This document shows positions 47,833 through 57,600 of a stretch of 64,000 bases of DNA, in pieces (position 1 is the first letter of the stretch; each line of letters opens with the position of its first letter). The position numbers and the translations under genes are program-made. The stretch lies in IMG/VR virus record IMGVR_UViG_3300025131_000006. One strand, written 5' to 3'. The notes under the pieces were generated by a model, which was not told the DNA's origin, ran no database searches, and saw only the letters and a program-made list of their open reading frames with translations. The DNA comes from a virus.

Positions 47833-49473
47833 GTGATTCCAATGCCCATAGAAAATCCATCGTCACAATCTTTGCCAAAAGCAGGAGTCGTGCCTGCACC
47901 GGGTTCCGGGTTTGGAGTTGTTCCGAAAGGGGATGGTACGTCGCGACCTCCAACGTCGCCAAAGATTGAAGTGGGGGAAGACCTCAGTGTTTCCGATCCA
48001 TCGGGGTTTGGAGTGCAGTCTCGAAGCCAGGATGTTCGAGGATACGCCCATCCGTCTGTGCCTGTGCCAGGAGCACAGAGCTTGGAGGAGACGAAGCAGC
48101 CGAATATTCCTGTAACAAATGAAAACTTGCCAGGAGAGCGTATCTTCCCCAGTGGTTATCCTGCTCCGGCGGATGGGTTGCCACCTGTAACGCCGGAGCA
48201 GCTAGAGGCGGACTACCATCAGTTTATGGATAACAGAAGAGCAGACTTGGAGCAGGCCATACTCCAGGCCAACAGTTCTATTGATCCGCACTCGGATCAC
48301 TATTCTCGTGTTTTGGAATACGAGCTTTTGGACCATGATCTGAATACGCACGTGGCGGGATATGCTCATCGTGAGAGACAGGGAGAGAGCCCAACTCAAA
48401 CGATGGATCAGGTGATGGAGGAGAAAGAGAACGTCAGGAAAATGCACAAGTTGGAGGCGGAGATTCGAGAGAATGCACCGGATCTCCAGCTTCATGTAAG
48501 ACAGCACAGCATACCACGGGGCCAAAGCCAATCTGTGTTGAGGGGTTTGGCCGACAAGACCACGGGTCACGGCACTCCGTGGATGCGAGGGTCGTTTTAC
48601 AGCTTGTCTCCGCAAGATCAGGATATGTTGGAGGCGATTGCTCTGTTTACAGACGGGGCCTTTACGAAAGGGCTGCGTGACCCTCATCTTATGGCAGCCG
48701 ATAATCAACGGGACTCGTTCAGGGGCGTTGTGTCAGGTGCTCGCTTTGCCGACGGATCGAGAGTTCAGTTTCACCCGACAAGCAGGGGCTATGTGAAGGC
48801 TCACCAAATACTCCGAGAGCTAGGGGCCTCTCCGTACGAAGCAGAGGACGGTGCTTTGTTTCGCGGAATGACCTTACCGGTAGAGACGATAGAGCATCTC
48901 TTGGACGGCGACGAATTCGATCTCCAGGGCGTGAGTTCTTGGACGGATAGCCGAGCCGATGCTTTGGATTTTACAGCAGGGACTCGACATCCCGGTGTGT
49001 TGTTTGTGTTGGAGGAGCCGAAGTGGGGAACAAATATATCGAGATTGAGCAATTTTCCTCGCGAACGAGAGACAGTCGTGGGTGGTCGTGTCCAGGTGGT
49101 GTCGTCTGAGATGTCTGTCCATAACGATGTTCACGTGATTCGCGTCACACACATAGGGCAGCCGGAGAGCATTATGAAGTCAAAAGATCGTGAGCCAGGA
49201 CACTTGGACGTTATCGAGCGTGAGTTCCAGCAGATAATGCCTCACCAGCGTAGGAATCGCATGGATAGAGAGATGGCACGACGTGCTCAAGCAGAAGAAC
49301 AAGAGGAGTCGGGCTTCGGTGTTGTGACTCGTGATTCTGAACAGGAAGACGAGGAGAAGTCTCTTGCGGGGGTTTCTCGGCATATGGTGCAGAGGTTGGC
49401 GAAGGAGTCTGTGCGAAGACGCGGGCTTCAGCCAAAGCCCGATGGAGTTTCGGCAAAGCCACCGGTCACGTGA
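47833..49473 (+). CDS. ADP-ribosyltransferase-domain protein
   Basis: LFRGM..VSSWT..PRERETVV; paralogous to the ART of 7417; three SGFGV motifs. Confidence 0.78.
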   Translation: MIPMPIENPSSQSLPKAGVVPAPGSGFGVVPKGDGTSRPPTSPKIEVGEDLSVSDPSGFGVQSRSQDVRGYAHPSVPVPGAQSLEETKQPNIPVTNENLPGERIFPSGYPAPADGLPPVTPEQLEADYHQFMDNRRADLEQAILQANSSIDPHSDHYSRVLEYELLDHDLNTHVAGYAHRERQGESPTQTMDQVMEEKENVRKMHKLEAEIRENAPDLQLHVRQHSIPRGQSQSVLRGLADKTTGHGTPWMRGSFYSLSPQDQDMLEAIALFTDGAFTKGLRDPHLMAADNQRDSFRGVVSGARFADGSRVQFHPTSRGYVKAHQILRELGASPYEAEDGALFRGMTLPVETIEHLLDGDEFDLQGVSSWTDSRADALDFTAGTRHPGVLFVLEEPKWGTNISRLSNFPRERETVVGGRVQVVSSEMSVHNDVHVIRVTHIGQPESIMKSKDREPGHLDVIEREFQQIMPHQRRNRMDREMARRAQAEEQEESGFGVVTRDSEQEDEEKSLAGVSRHMVQRLAKESVRRRGLQPKPDGVSAKPPVT

Positions 49474-49488
49474 GTTTAGTCACTGAAC
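49474..49488. repeat. 15-bp palindrome site 16
   Basis: GTTTAGTCACTGAAC, right after stop. Confidence 0.9.
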
Positions 49489-49516
49489 GTTCACGCCTCA
49501 CCAGGAGAGCACAGCA

Positions 49517-49768
49517 TTGTTGGGAAAGCCATGGATGATCAAGAACGTGCAAAAGCGACGGTTTGGTGCATCAAGCCAGTACATCGTCATCCAATGCCAG
49601 GCACCTCACGACATAGAGGTTGCAACCCAAGTCGGAGATTCTGTCGAGAAAGCGGAGGGAGAGAACTTTTATTTGGCGTTCACGGAGAACGAGTTTGTTC
49701 GGGCTTGCAGCCGTGCGTCGCAAATGTCTTCGGACATCGAAGAGTTTTTCGTGGAGCCCACCGAATAG
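49517..49768 (+). CDS. hypothetical protein
   Basis: 83 aa; AGGAG SD. Confidence 0.55.
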   Translation: MLGKPWMIKNVQKRRFGASSQYIVIQCQAPHDIEVATQVGDSVEKAEGENFYLAFTENEFVRACSRASQMSSDIEEFFVEPTE

Positions 49769-49842
49769 TTTTCGGTGATGGGCTGTGCTAGTATGCTCTT
49801 GGGGTCCAGGGGCGTTTCTTGGGGTGATAGCGAGACGACACG

Positions 49843-51366
49843 ATGGCACTAACAGATCTGAGTATATATTTGGAGCCTCCGCAAGTCCAGGGCACTATGT
49901 TGCCCTCAGACGGCTTAATAGAGTTCTCGCGAAACGAGCGTGGTCGGGAGACGGTCAAGTTACGCCTGATGCCGACTCCCAATGATGGGACGAACACAGG
50001 CGAGATCGTCACAATCAAGATGTTCAAGAGCCGCCGGGACGGAACCGAAGAGGTCACCCAGGCTCGCAAGACTTTTACGTTTTCGGGCGCCACCCCAATG
50101 GGAGGAGCCGAGGTCTCGTGGGACTTGCGCGAGATCGTGTACGATACCAAGAATCTGTTCCCGGTGGTTCGCCGAGGCGATTACTTCTTTGAGGTCACCC
50201 ACACGGGTCCGGTCGCGTCGTCGCTGACGAAGTTATCGGACGTGTTCCGCGTCGCGCTGATGACGTCGGATCGTTTGGAGGCCGAGTGGCTGCGGGGAAC
50301 GACTCGCAGGTCCAATGACGATCGCGGTGTTCGATTCCAGCCCAAGATCATTACGGGAGTCCGGGTGATAGAGGTGTCCAAGTCATATCCGTTGGACCTA
50401 TATCCTCTTCGCTTGGTGAAAGGAAAAGAGGCGACGCCCGTTTGGTTTCTCTCGTGGGATGGAGGTGAACTGATTCGGTTGGACACCTCTATTACGCAGG
50501 CGGCGATCAATGCTTCGTATATTCTTCCTAATCGAACGCAGCAAGACTATATTGTCGTTCAAGTCGATCCACGACTGCTCCCGACATCGGACACGACAGA
50601 ACAGTTGATGGTCGATCGGGAGTTGTTGGACCGGGATTCGTTGCGGCGTTGGATCGACGCAGAGTGCCAATGGTTAGAGGAGTCCTATTTGCACACGCCG
50701 ATTGAGCCTGCTTTGTGTGTTTCTGATATGGGAACCTCATTGTCTGGGTTGGGCTCCATGGGTCAAGGTTCCGCGTTGACGTCGCTGCCGAACAACAACG
50801 ATTACGACTTGTTGGGTCCGCCGATTACAATGGAAGACCTGAAGCCTGGTCAGTGGATCAATATGCGTGTGCCGTTTGGTTACCCTTTGGAGTGGGAGTA
50901 CTTTGAGGGTGCCCAGGAGAATCGTCGAGTTGTCAGTGTGCGGGTAGACGCTCTGCACACGGGCATTGGGCATCATGTGGAGTTGGTGCCATTTACGAAT
51001 GCAACAGCATACCAATTCATTGGTTTGCACCTGATGAGTGCCTTGTATAGCCCAAGGACGCTGCCGTCGTTCTGGCGTTACAGGTATTGGGCGGGCATTC
51101 CGAACCCTGTAACGCCAATGCCGATCATCGAGATCATTGGGATGCGGGCAGCGGTTAAGGCATTGATGGTCTTGGGACAGATGTTCCGAGGTGGGTATTC
51201 GAGCTTGTCAATGTCACGGGATGGGGTCCATCAGTCGGCGAGCTTCACATCTTCGGCGATGTATGGGATTTACAGTGCGACTATCGAGGGCTTGGAGAAG
51301 CGTTTGCAAACCTTGCAGTTGCAGTTGAAGCGAAAGTACTTTGGCATTTATGCGGACGTGCTCTAG
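49843..51366 (+). CDS. putative head-tail adaptor (neck) protein
   Basis: C-terminal GYSSLSMSRDGVHQSASFTSSAMYGIYSATI resembles Twort-like neck adaptors. Confidence 0.7.
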   Translation: MALTDLSIYLEPPQVQGTMLPSDGLIEFSRNERGRETVKLRLMPTPNDGTNTGEIVTIKMFKSRRDGTEEVTQARKTFTFSGATPMGGAEVSWDLREIVYDTKNLFPVVRRGDYFFEVTHTGPVASSLTKLSDVFRVALMTSDRLEAEWLRGTTRRSNDDRGVRFQPKIITGVRVIEVSKSYPLDLYPLRLVKGKEATPVWFLSWDGGELIRLDTSITQAAINASYILPNRTQQDYIVVQVDPRLLPTSDTTEQLMVDRELLDRDSLRRWIDAECQWLEESYLHTPIEPALCVSDMGTSLSGLGSMGQGSALTSLPNNNDYDLLGPPITMEDLKPGQWINMRVPFGYPLEWEYFEGAQENRRVVSVRVDALHTGIGHHVELVPFTNATAYQFIGLHLMSALYSPRTLPSFWRYRYWAGIPNPVTPMPIIEIIGMRAAVKALMVLGQMFRGGYSSLSMSRDGVHQSASFTSSAMYGIYSATIEGLEKRLQTLQLQLKRKYFGIYADVL

Positions 51367-51371
51367 GAGAG

Positions 51372-52586
51372 ATGGAACAGATGGACGATCTTAAGATTGG
51401 AGGAGAAGGTCCGGCTTCTGCGGAGGCTCAGGGAGTGCAGGGAGAGGCATCCAGTAAGCTGCCGTTTCCTCACCCTGTGGCGAATTCGAACGATCTCTCC
51501 GGGGCAAGTCGAGACGATCTGGTGAGCCATTATGAGCAGAGGAGCACAGAGCTAAAAGACCAAGAGATGTTCCAAGCGAGAGAGGCTATGGAACGGGGGG
51601 GTTCCCCAGAGGTGGAGCTTGTTCCTTCACACATGCATAGGTATGAGAAAAAGAAGTTATTTGGAGGGTCGCCACCGCGAGAGCATTCAAAGGAGGCTTG
51701 GAAGAGGGTTATTGGCACCGGGAAGAGCCCTGCTTGGGATTGGTATGCTGACTCCCAAATGCGTGCTGCGGAGGAAGGCCAGCCCCCGACACATATGGAT
51801 GATTGGATTGAGCAGTGGATGGAGAAGCACAGAACCTCCGTCACAGAAGAGCACAAGGAGGATGTTCGCAGCGGTGCATTCGCCGAGCGCCGTGGGGTTG
51901 ATTTGAATGGGGTTGGTGGGGATGTCAGTGTTCATGTGGCTGAAGCGCTTGAGGATAACCTGTTAGCACCTCTTCCCAGGAACAGAGGGGCGTTAGGGGT
52001 CGTCCATCACAGAACGGGCAATGAGTTCGTGCGTTATGGGGATCTTTACATGGGGGCGTATCATGTAAAGCAGCACACTATTGAGATTGGGACTTCGGGA
52101 GAGTCCTTCGCTCACGAGTTTTTCCACGCTCTAGACAGTGATACGGGTTATAATTGGTGGGGTAGGGTCAAGATGGAGTTCGGGACTCCTGTGTATGCTT
52201 CGGAGGGGTCGGGGCGAACTCCTGAGGCTCGCGAGCTTGCAAAGTTTACCCACCTTTTGGGGCACTCTTTGAGCAAGACAAGAGGGAGGCACTTAAAAGA
52301 TTTGTCTCCTGCGGCGAAGAGGTATTTTTACGAGCCGAAAGAGTTGTTGGCTCGATTTGGAGAGCAAATGGTCTCCCATCTTTCGCACCTGCACGCTGCC
52401 CATGGGGTTCACTCAACAGCAACAAAGTTGGCGAAGGACATTGACCATTACTACCACAGCCCTGTTCATTGGGACAAAAGAACGCTCCAGGCTCTCCTCC
52501 ATGTATGGGGTGGTCTGTCTGTCGGAAAGAGGATGCTTGGCGACGTGGAGAAAGCTTTTGGGTTCGGTGTAATGGTGAAGCTGTAA
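51372..52586 (+). CDS. HExxH/LPD1-like protein
   Basis: GESFAHEFFHALD..YFYEPKELLARF; paralog of the first domain of 40607; ends KAFGFGVMVKL. Confidence 0.72.
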   Translation: MEQMDDLKIGGEGPASAEAQGVQGEASSKLPFPHPVANSNDLSGASRDDLVSHYEQRSTELKDQEMFQAREAMERGGSPEVELVPSHMHRYEKKKLFGGSPPREHSKEAWKRVIGTGKSPAWDWYADSQMRAAEEGQPPTHMDDWIEQWMEKHRTSVTEEHKEDVRSGAFAERRGVDLNGVGGDVSVHVAEALEDNLLAPLPRNRGALGVVHHRTGNEFVRYGDLYMGAYHVKQHTIEIGTSGESFAHEFFHALDSDTGYNWWGRVKMEFGTPVYASEGSGRTPEARELAKFTHLLGHSLSKTRGRHLKDLSPAAKRYFYEPKELLARFGEQMVSHLSHLHAAHGVHSTATKLAKDIDHYYHSPVHWDKRTLQALLHVWGGLSVGKRMLGDVEKAFGFGVMVKL

Positions 52587-52786
52587 TGCGAACGGTTGTT
52601 CTCAAGTCGCACCGAGCACGAGCGTTGCAGTCCGAGCGACGGCAGTTGCAACGCCAATTGGCATCGGCAAGCTCCGAGGGAGAGAGATCGAAGATCTTAG
52701 AGGAGCTACGAATCCGGATGGCAGAGATATTGCGGGAAGAGGGGGAGGATCGACAGAGTGCTTACGGGATAGCCCACATGAAGTGA
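52586..52786 (+). CDS. small helical protein
   Basis: TAATG coupling. Confidence 0.55.
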   Translation: MRTVVLKSHRARALQSERRQLQRQLASASSEGERSKILEELRIRMAEILREEGEDRQSAYGIAHMK

Positions 52787-52820
52787 ATGTTGTGACTATA
52801 TTGGAGGGGGAGGTGATGGC

Positions 52821-53069
52821 ATGGGTATATGGTATGTGCTGTATGGGTTCACGTTTATCGTGGGTTGGACGATTGGGTATTGGGCGTGGTTGCGTATATT
52901 GTACCACGCCAAGAAAGCGATGGTTGCACAGGAGAGGTTCTCATTTTTGCTTCATTGTGCAGTGATGTGGGCGTGGGGTTTTTGGATCTGTCTGACGATG
53001 ATAGCCCATGCGTGGTGGTTGATGCATTTGATGAATATGGGCGGGTACATGCCGGGGAGGGATTACTGA
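52821..53069 (+). CDS. small membrane protein
   Basis: Two TM-like segments; frame uncertain. Confidence 0.45.
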   Translation: MGIWYVLYGFTFIVGWTIGYWAWLRILYHAKKAMVAQERFSFLLHCAVMWAWGFWICLTMIAHAWWLMHLMNMGGYMPGRDY

Positions 53070-53087
53070 GGGGGAGAAGGGAGGGGA

Positions 53088-54287
53088 TTAGATGGGGGTG
53101 GCGACGACGCGGGTGAGTTTGGTTTCTCGGTTTCCGCGATAGGTGTCAACGGCTTTGATGGTGGCTTTGATTGCGTATGTGGCTCCTCGCTCGATGTCGG
53201 GGCATCCGGAGGCGAACCAAGTGGCGACGCGGCCAAGGGCGTCACGGAATTTGCAGATAGTGGTGAGTCCGTAGTATCCTTCGCTCGGAAAGGTTCCGAT
53301 GCAGGTGGCTTCCCATTCGGGGAGTGCGGAGACGCCGTTGTCACGGTCTTTTTTGGAGAGTTTTCTGCCGATCTTGTCACCTTCGCCGCCGAGCCATTCG
53401 GAGGGGGGCAGGGCGGCATCGGCGGCTTTTTCTGCTTCGCGGTTGAGGTGCCGCTCATAGGCAGGGATGGCAGCAGCGACGATGCCGATGTTTTTGACTT
53501 CGCAGGTTTCCATGGAGCAAGCGACGCGGAGGTTGTGGAGGAAGTCGTTTTTGGTGTCTTCGGGGAGGGAGGACGCCCAAGCGGTAGCAGCGATGCCGGT
53601 TTCGATGTCGGCCTGTTCGGGTCTGTTGGCCTTGAGGCAGAGAGCGTTGAAGGCTTGGTCAGCCGTGGACTCGCCGGACCAAGATGCTTTGCCGCGACCG
53701 AGGAAGCCATAGAGTCGGATTTCACGGGCCACGTAACCGAGGTAGGTGGCGATGCCGATGCGGCGATCGGAGGTGTCGTATCGACCTTCCATGTTGAATC
53801 TTTGGCAGTCGCGAAGGAAGCTCAAGCGATCGGCGATGTCGGAAGCGGTGGAGAGTCCAAGGAAGTCGGCGAGGCAGTTGCGACCGACGCGGATGAACGA
53901 GCCGTCTTCGTCGTTTTGGAGGACAAAGGTTTCCTTGCGACGCCGTTTGGTGTGGCAGTGGTCGCAGGAGTTCTTTGCTTCGCGGAAATCGACGGGGAGT
54001 TCCACGGAGGTTTTGGGGAACATGTTGATGATATTCCCGGCAGACTCGTGTTGGACGACGGCGATGGGGGTGAAGCCCTCGATGACGATCGAGGGCGTAT
54101 CGACGAGTTCGCCGATGTGATAGAGTTCAAAGAGCCCGGTGGGTCCGAGAACATCGTGGATCTCGACTTCGTCGGTGCCGGTCCACTCGTAGGAGGGAGG
54201 GGTCAGGCCAAAAGAGATAGCTTTTTTGATGAGGCGTTTGATGCGGCGTTCGAATTTTTTCTTGTTGGTGTCGTGGATGCGAATCAT
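53088..54287 (-). CDS. hypothetical phage protein (CxHC zinc motif, beta-rich C-terminus)
   Basis: CDHC..RRRKET..VGRNCL; 399 aa. Confidence 0.7.
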   Translation of the reverse strand: MIRIHDTNKKKFERRIKRLIKKAISFGLTPPSYEWTGTDEVEIHDVLGPTGLFELYHIGELVDTPSIVIEGFTPIAVVQHESAGNIINMFPKTSVELPVDFREAKNSCDHCHTKRRRKETFVLQNDEDGSFIRVGRNCLADFLGLSTASDIADRLSFLRDCQRFNMEGRYDTSDRRIGIATYLGYVAREIRLYGFLGRGKASWSGESTADQAFNALCLKANRPEQADIETGIAATAWASSLPEDTKNDFLHNLRVACSMETCEVKNIGIVAAAIPAYERHLNREAEKAADAALPPSEWLGGEGDKIGRKLSKKDRDNGVSALPEWEATCIGTFPSEGYYGLTTICKFRDALGRVATWFASGCPDIERGATYAIKATIKAVDTYRGNRETKLTRVVATPI

Positions 54288-54288
54288 T

Positions 54289-54435
54289 CTATTCTTCCTC
54301 TTTGAGTTCGACGGTGAAGCTTTCGCCTTCGGCGATGTCAGCTACCATTTTGATGATTTCCGTTCGGGAGATGTCGGCTGACCAGATGTCTGTTTGGCCA
54401 TCTTCCCACTTTATTTCCCAGTATTTTTCGCTCAT
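54289..54435 (-). CDS. small acidic protein (48 aa)
   Basis: MSEKYWEIKWEDG..; first ORF after promoter-like box; not in ORF track. Confidence 0.55.
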   Translation of the reverse strand: MSEKYWEIKWEDGQTDIWSADISRTEIIKMVADIAEGESFTVELKEEE

Positions 54436-54465
54436 CTTTTCTCTCTCCGTCTTGGAATGTTCGAC

Positions 54466-54502
54466 TGTAATGGCTTTCTCCCCGTTCTATTTTGCGGTGC
54501 AA
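54466..54502 (-). promoter_or_regulatory. conserved 37-bp promoter-like box (copy 4 of 4)
   Basis: TTGCACCGCAAAATAGAACGGGGAGAAAGCCATTACA on the minus strand. Confidence 0.7.
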
Positions 54503-54519
54503 ACCGGAGGGGTTATCTT

Positions 54520-54534
54520 GTTCAGTCACTGAAT
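54520..54534. repeat. 15-bp palindrome site 17
   Basis: GTTCAGTCACTGAAT, beside promoter-like box. Confidence 0.85.
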
Positions 54535-54621
54535 ATTGTGCTTGGATTCTGTACATATCTATGGTGATTCGTGTATGGTGTCGGTGGGGTACAGGGCAGC
54601 ATCACTCTTGGAGTTATTGAT

Positions 54622-57600
54622 ATGGAATTGGTTTGCATCGAATGCTTATCAGGTGGCTTCGGCTTGTTTGTGAAAGGTGCGGGGCACAAGTACATCAAGC
54701 GCGAGTTGGTTTCGACTTCTCCAAGAAAGTATCGGTATTGGTACAAGCTCCCCAGAGGAGCCTTGGTGCATGATGACGCCGTTCACGTGGGCGCCAAGTT
54801 CCGTCATGGTTCCGGTGACGATCGCGGGCACTATCACGTAGACGAGGTCCATGATGATGGCTCGGTCAGCGTTACCCACGATGAGACCGGACATACGACC
54901 AAAGTGTCTGCACACAAGCTCAAAGACATGATCCACACGGGTGATCATGATCTAGGTGAATCTCCCCAAGAGAAAGGGGAGCGGGTGCTCCAAAGCTACC
55001 AACAGGCTCTCCAGACGGGCACAGACAAGCAGATCTCGCTGCGCTTACATGATCTGATGGAGCACGTGGCGGCTTATCCGCAAGAGTCGGTGTCGTTGGG
55101 TTATGCGTTGGCTCAAGCAGATCCAGGCGTCAAAGAGGCCATGTTGTCATTGGCTCATGGTGGGGTGTCCACGTTCAAGACGCACAAGTCCACAAAGAAG
55201 CGTGGAAAGAAGGGCGAGAAAACAAAACACGGTGGAGCACACGTCGAGGTGACGTTGGAGCACCGTTCGTATGGAAAGATCGTCGAGGATTCGGCCAAGC
55301 AGTTGGAGCAGTTGGATGAGTCGGCGATTGTTCAGGAGATCCAAGAGAAGACGGGCGCCACAGAAGACGAAGCCAAGCAGGCGTTCTTGGCTGTAAAGAA
55401 CAGCTTGGCAAAGAAGCAGAACTCTTCGAATGAGGGGGCATCGTATCTGGAGCCCTTCACGATAGACGGCGAGTCTGTTCCGGGCGTTTTTGTTTACAGT
55501 GGGAGTAATGAGAGCAAGAAGGGAACTCTTTATGTTCGCGGACTGATCGAGAACGAAGACGTGTTGGACCCTGGGTTTGGACCGGCTCCGAAGTCTGCGA
55601 AGCCGGGTAAGGTTCTCGCTCGTGCTCAGGCTGTCATGCGGTCCAAGTTGGACATAGGCCGGGTGCGTCAATACACGTTGACGCCGAGTGCTTTGTACGA
55701 GTGGTCACACGCTCCGGCAACCGGGGCAGACTTCAAAGAGGTTGATGGAGGGGCTGCTGATCAGGATAGCCTAGCTAGCCAGGCAGATTCCGGGTCTAAA
55801 AGTTCAGTCACCAAACAGTCTCACAAGGAAAGTTCGGACCTGGCTAATAGCCAGGTCGCCGAAGAGTCACCAGATGAGTTGGACGAGAGCTTGCCTTCCG
55901 GCAGCGAGGGTCTTCAATACGAGGGTGCCAAAAAAGGAGGTCAGTACCCCGGAGCAATCGTGAGTCACCCAGACTTCCCCGACAAGCAGTTTATGGTTAA
56001 GCCAGGACGGGATTTTTTGGTGCACGCAGAAGTTGCCGGTACGAATCTGGCGGCACGAGTGCTCGGCGACGATGTAGCCAAGGCACGTCATATCGATGTA
56101 GGTGGAGCCCCGCAATCGATCGGAAAGGGCCAGCAACACGCATCGATTCAAGAGATGCGCGAGAACGACGGAGATTTGGTCTCCAATCGATATGACAGTC
56201 ACATGATCCGGAATCTCCCGCAAGAGTTGAAACAAGATGTGCTGCGTCATCAGGTGGCGACGTGGTTGGTGGGTGATTCGGACGCTCACGCCGGGCAGTT
56301 CTTGCGTGGGACCGACGGGAGTTTGATTCGGATTGACTTGGGTCAAGCGTACAAGCACATCGGCAACGATCGGCTCGATCCGAGCTGGCAGCCGAACAAT
56401 CCCCCGCCGGTAGTATCCCATCTGTTGGTGGGCGATTACGCAAAGGGCCAGGGAGAGTTGGACTTCACGGACCCCCGGATCAAAGAGGCAGTGGAGAGAG
56501 CCGAGTCCATCACAGACGATGAGGTGGCACAAGCAGTCCAGCCGTATGCCGACGGTTTGGAGAAATCGGGTATTCGCTCTGCGAAAGAGACGATCGCGAA
56601 GGCAGTGGCTCGAAAGAACGGCATCCGGTCTGACTTCGAGCAGTACTTCTCCAAGGCACTCTCGCAGCGACACGGCAAGCCGATGACGTTTTCGTTTGAG
56701 GACGGCATCTCGGAGGGCGGCGTCTCTAAGGGTTTTGGGGTGTGGAGCAAGAGTGGCACTCCGGTGGAAGATGCAGACGACTCGACTGAAGCACCGACGA
56801 GGTTTCACGGTGCCAAGTTGTTTTATATAGAGCCTTTGATGGAAGAGCCCAAGGGTTTCGGGGCTCTCACGAAGGGCAGTAAGCATAAGTATGTGAAGCG
56901 AGAAGTTCGTATTGGACCTGATGGCAAGAAGCGTTATCGGTATTGGTATAAGCTCCCCAAGGGACATATCGTGACCGACGACTCTCTTCATATAGGTGCC
57001 AAGTTCCGCCACGGTAAGGACGAGGAGCGGGGGCACTTTCATATCGAGAGCATAAATCCGGATGGGACAATGAACGTTCGGCATGATGAGACCGGAGAGT
57101 TCAAGAAGGTCACGCTCGACAACTTGCGCGGGATGATCCACACGGGAAGCCACGACATCGGAGAGAACCCTGCGAGCAAGCTCCAGCGGTTGTTGGAGTC
57201 TTTGCACTTAGCGTTGCAGCACGGGACGAAAAAGCAGTACAATAAGCTGTACGAGCATGTGATGGAGCACGTGGAGGCGTTTCCTCATATCGCGTTCGAG
57301 GGGAACGAGCCTGTCACATCGGACCATGTGCAAGATAAAATGGCGGATGTGTATTCGGCGGGCAAGCTGTCAGAGCACTTGGACGACCACGAGCACTTGT
57401 CGGATGAGGTGAAGTACCAGGGCTTCTTTGCGGAAGCCAAAGCATTGGCCGAAAAGTATCATGATGCCTTGGTGGAAAAAGCTAGAGAGGCGGGTGCTAA
57501 GGGGTCTTCGTACACATATTGGATTATCAATGAGGCAATCTTTAAAAAGTTAAACAAGGAGCAGTCTGCTCTCTTCGAAAAGTACAAAGATGCACCAAAA

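Noticed and set aside
53448-54305. 285-aa plus-strand ORF
   Set aside because: Antisense shadow of 53088-54287.
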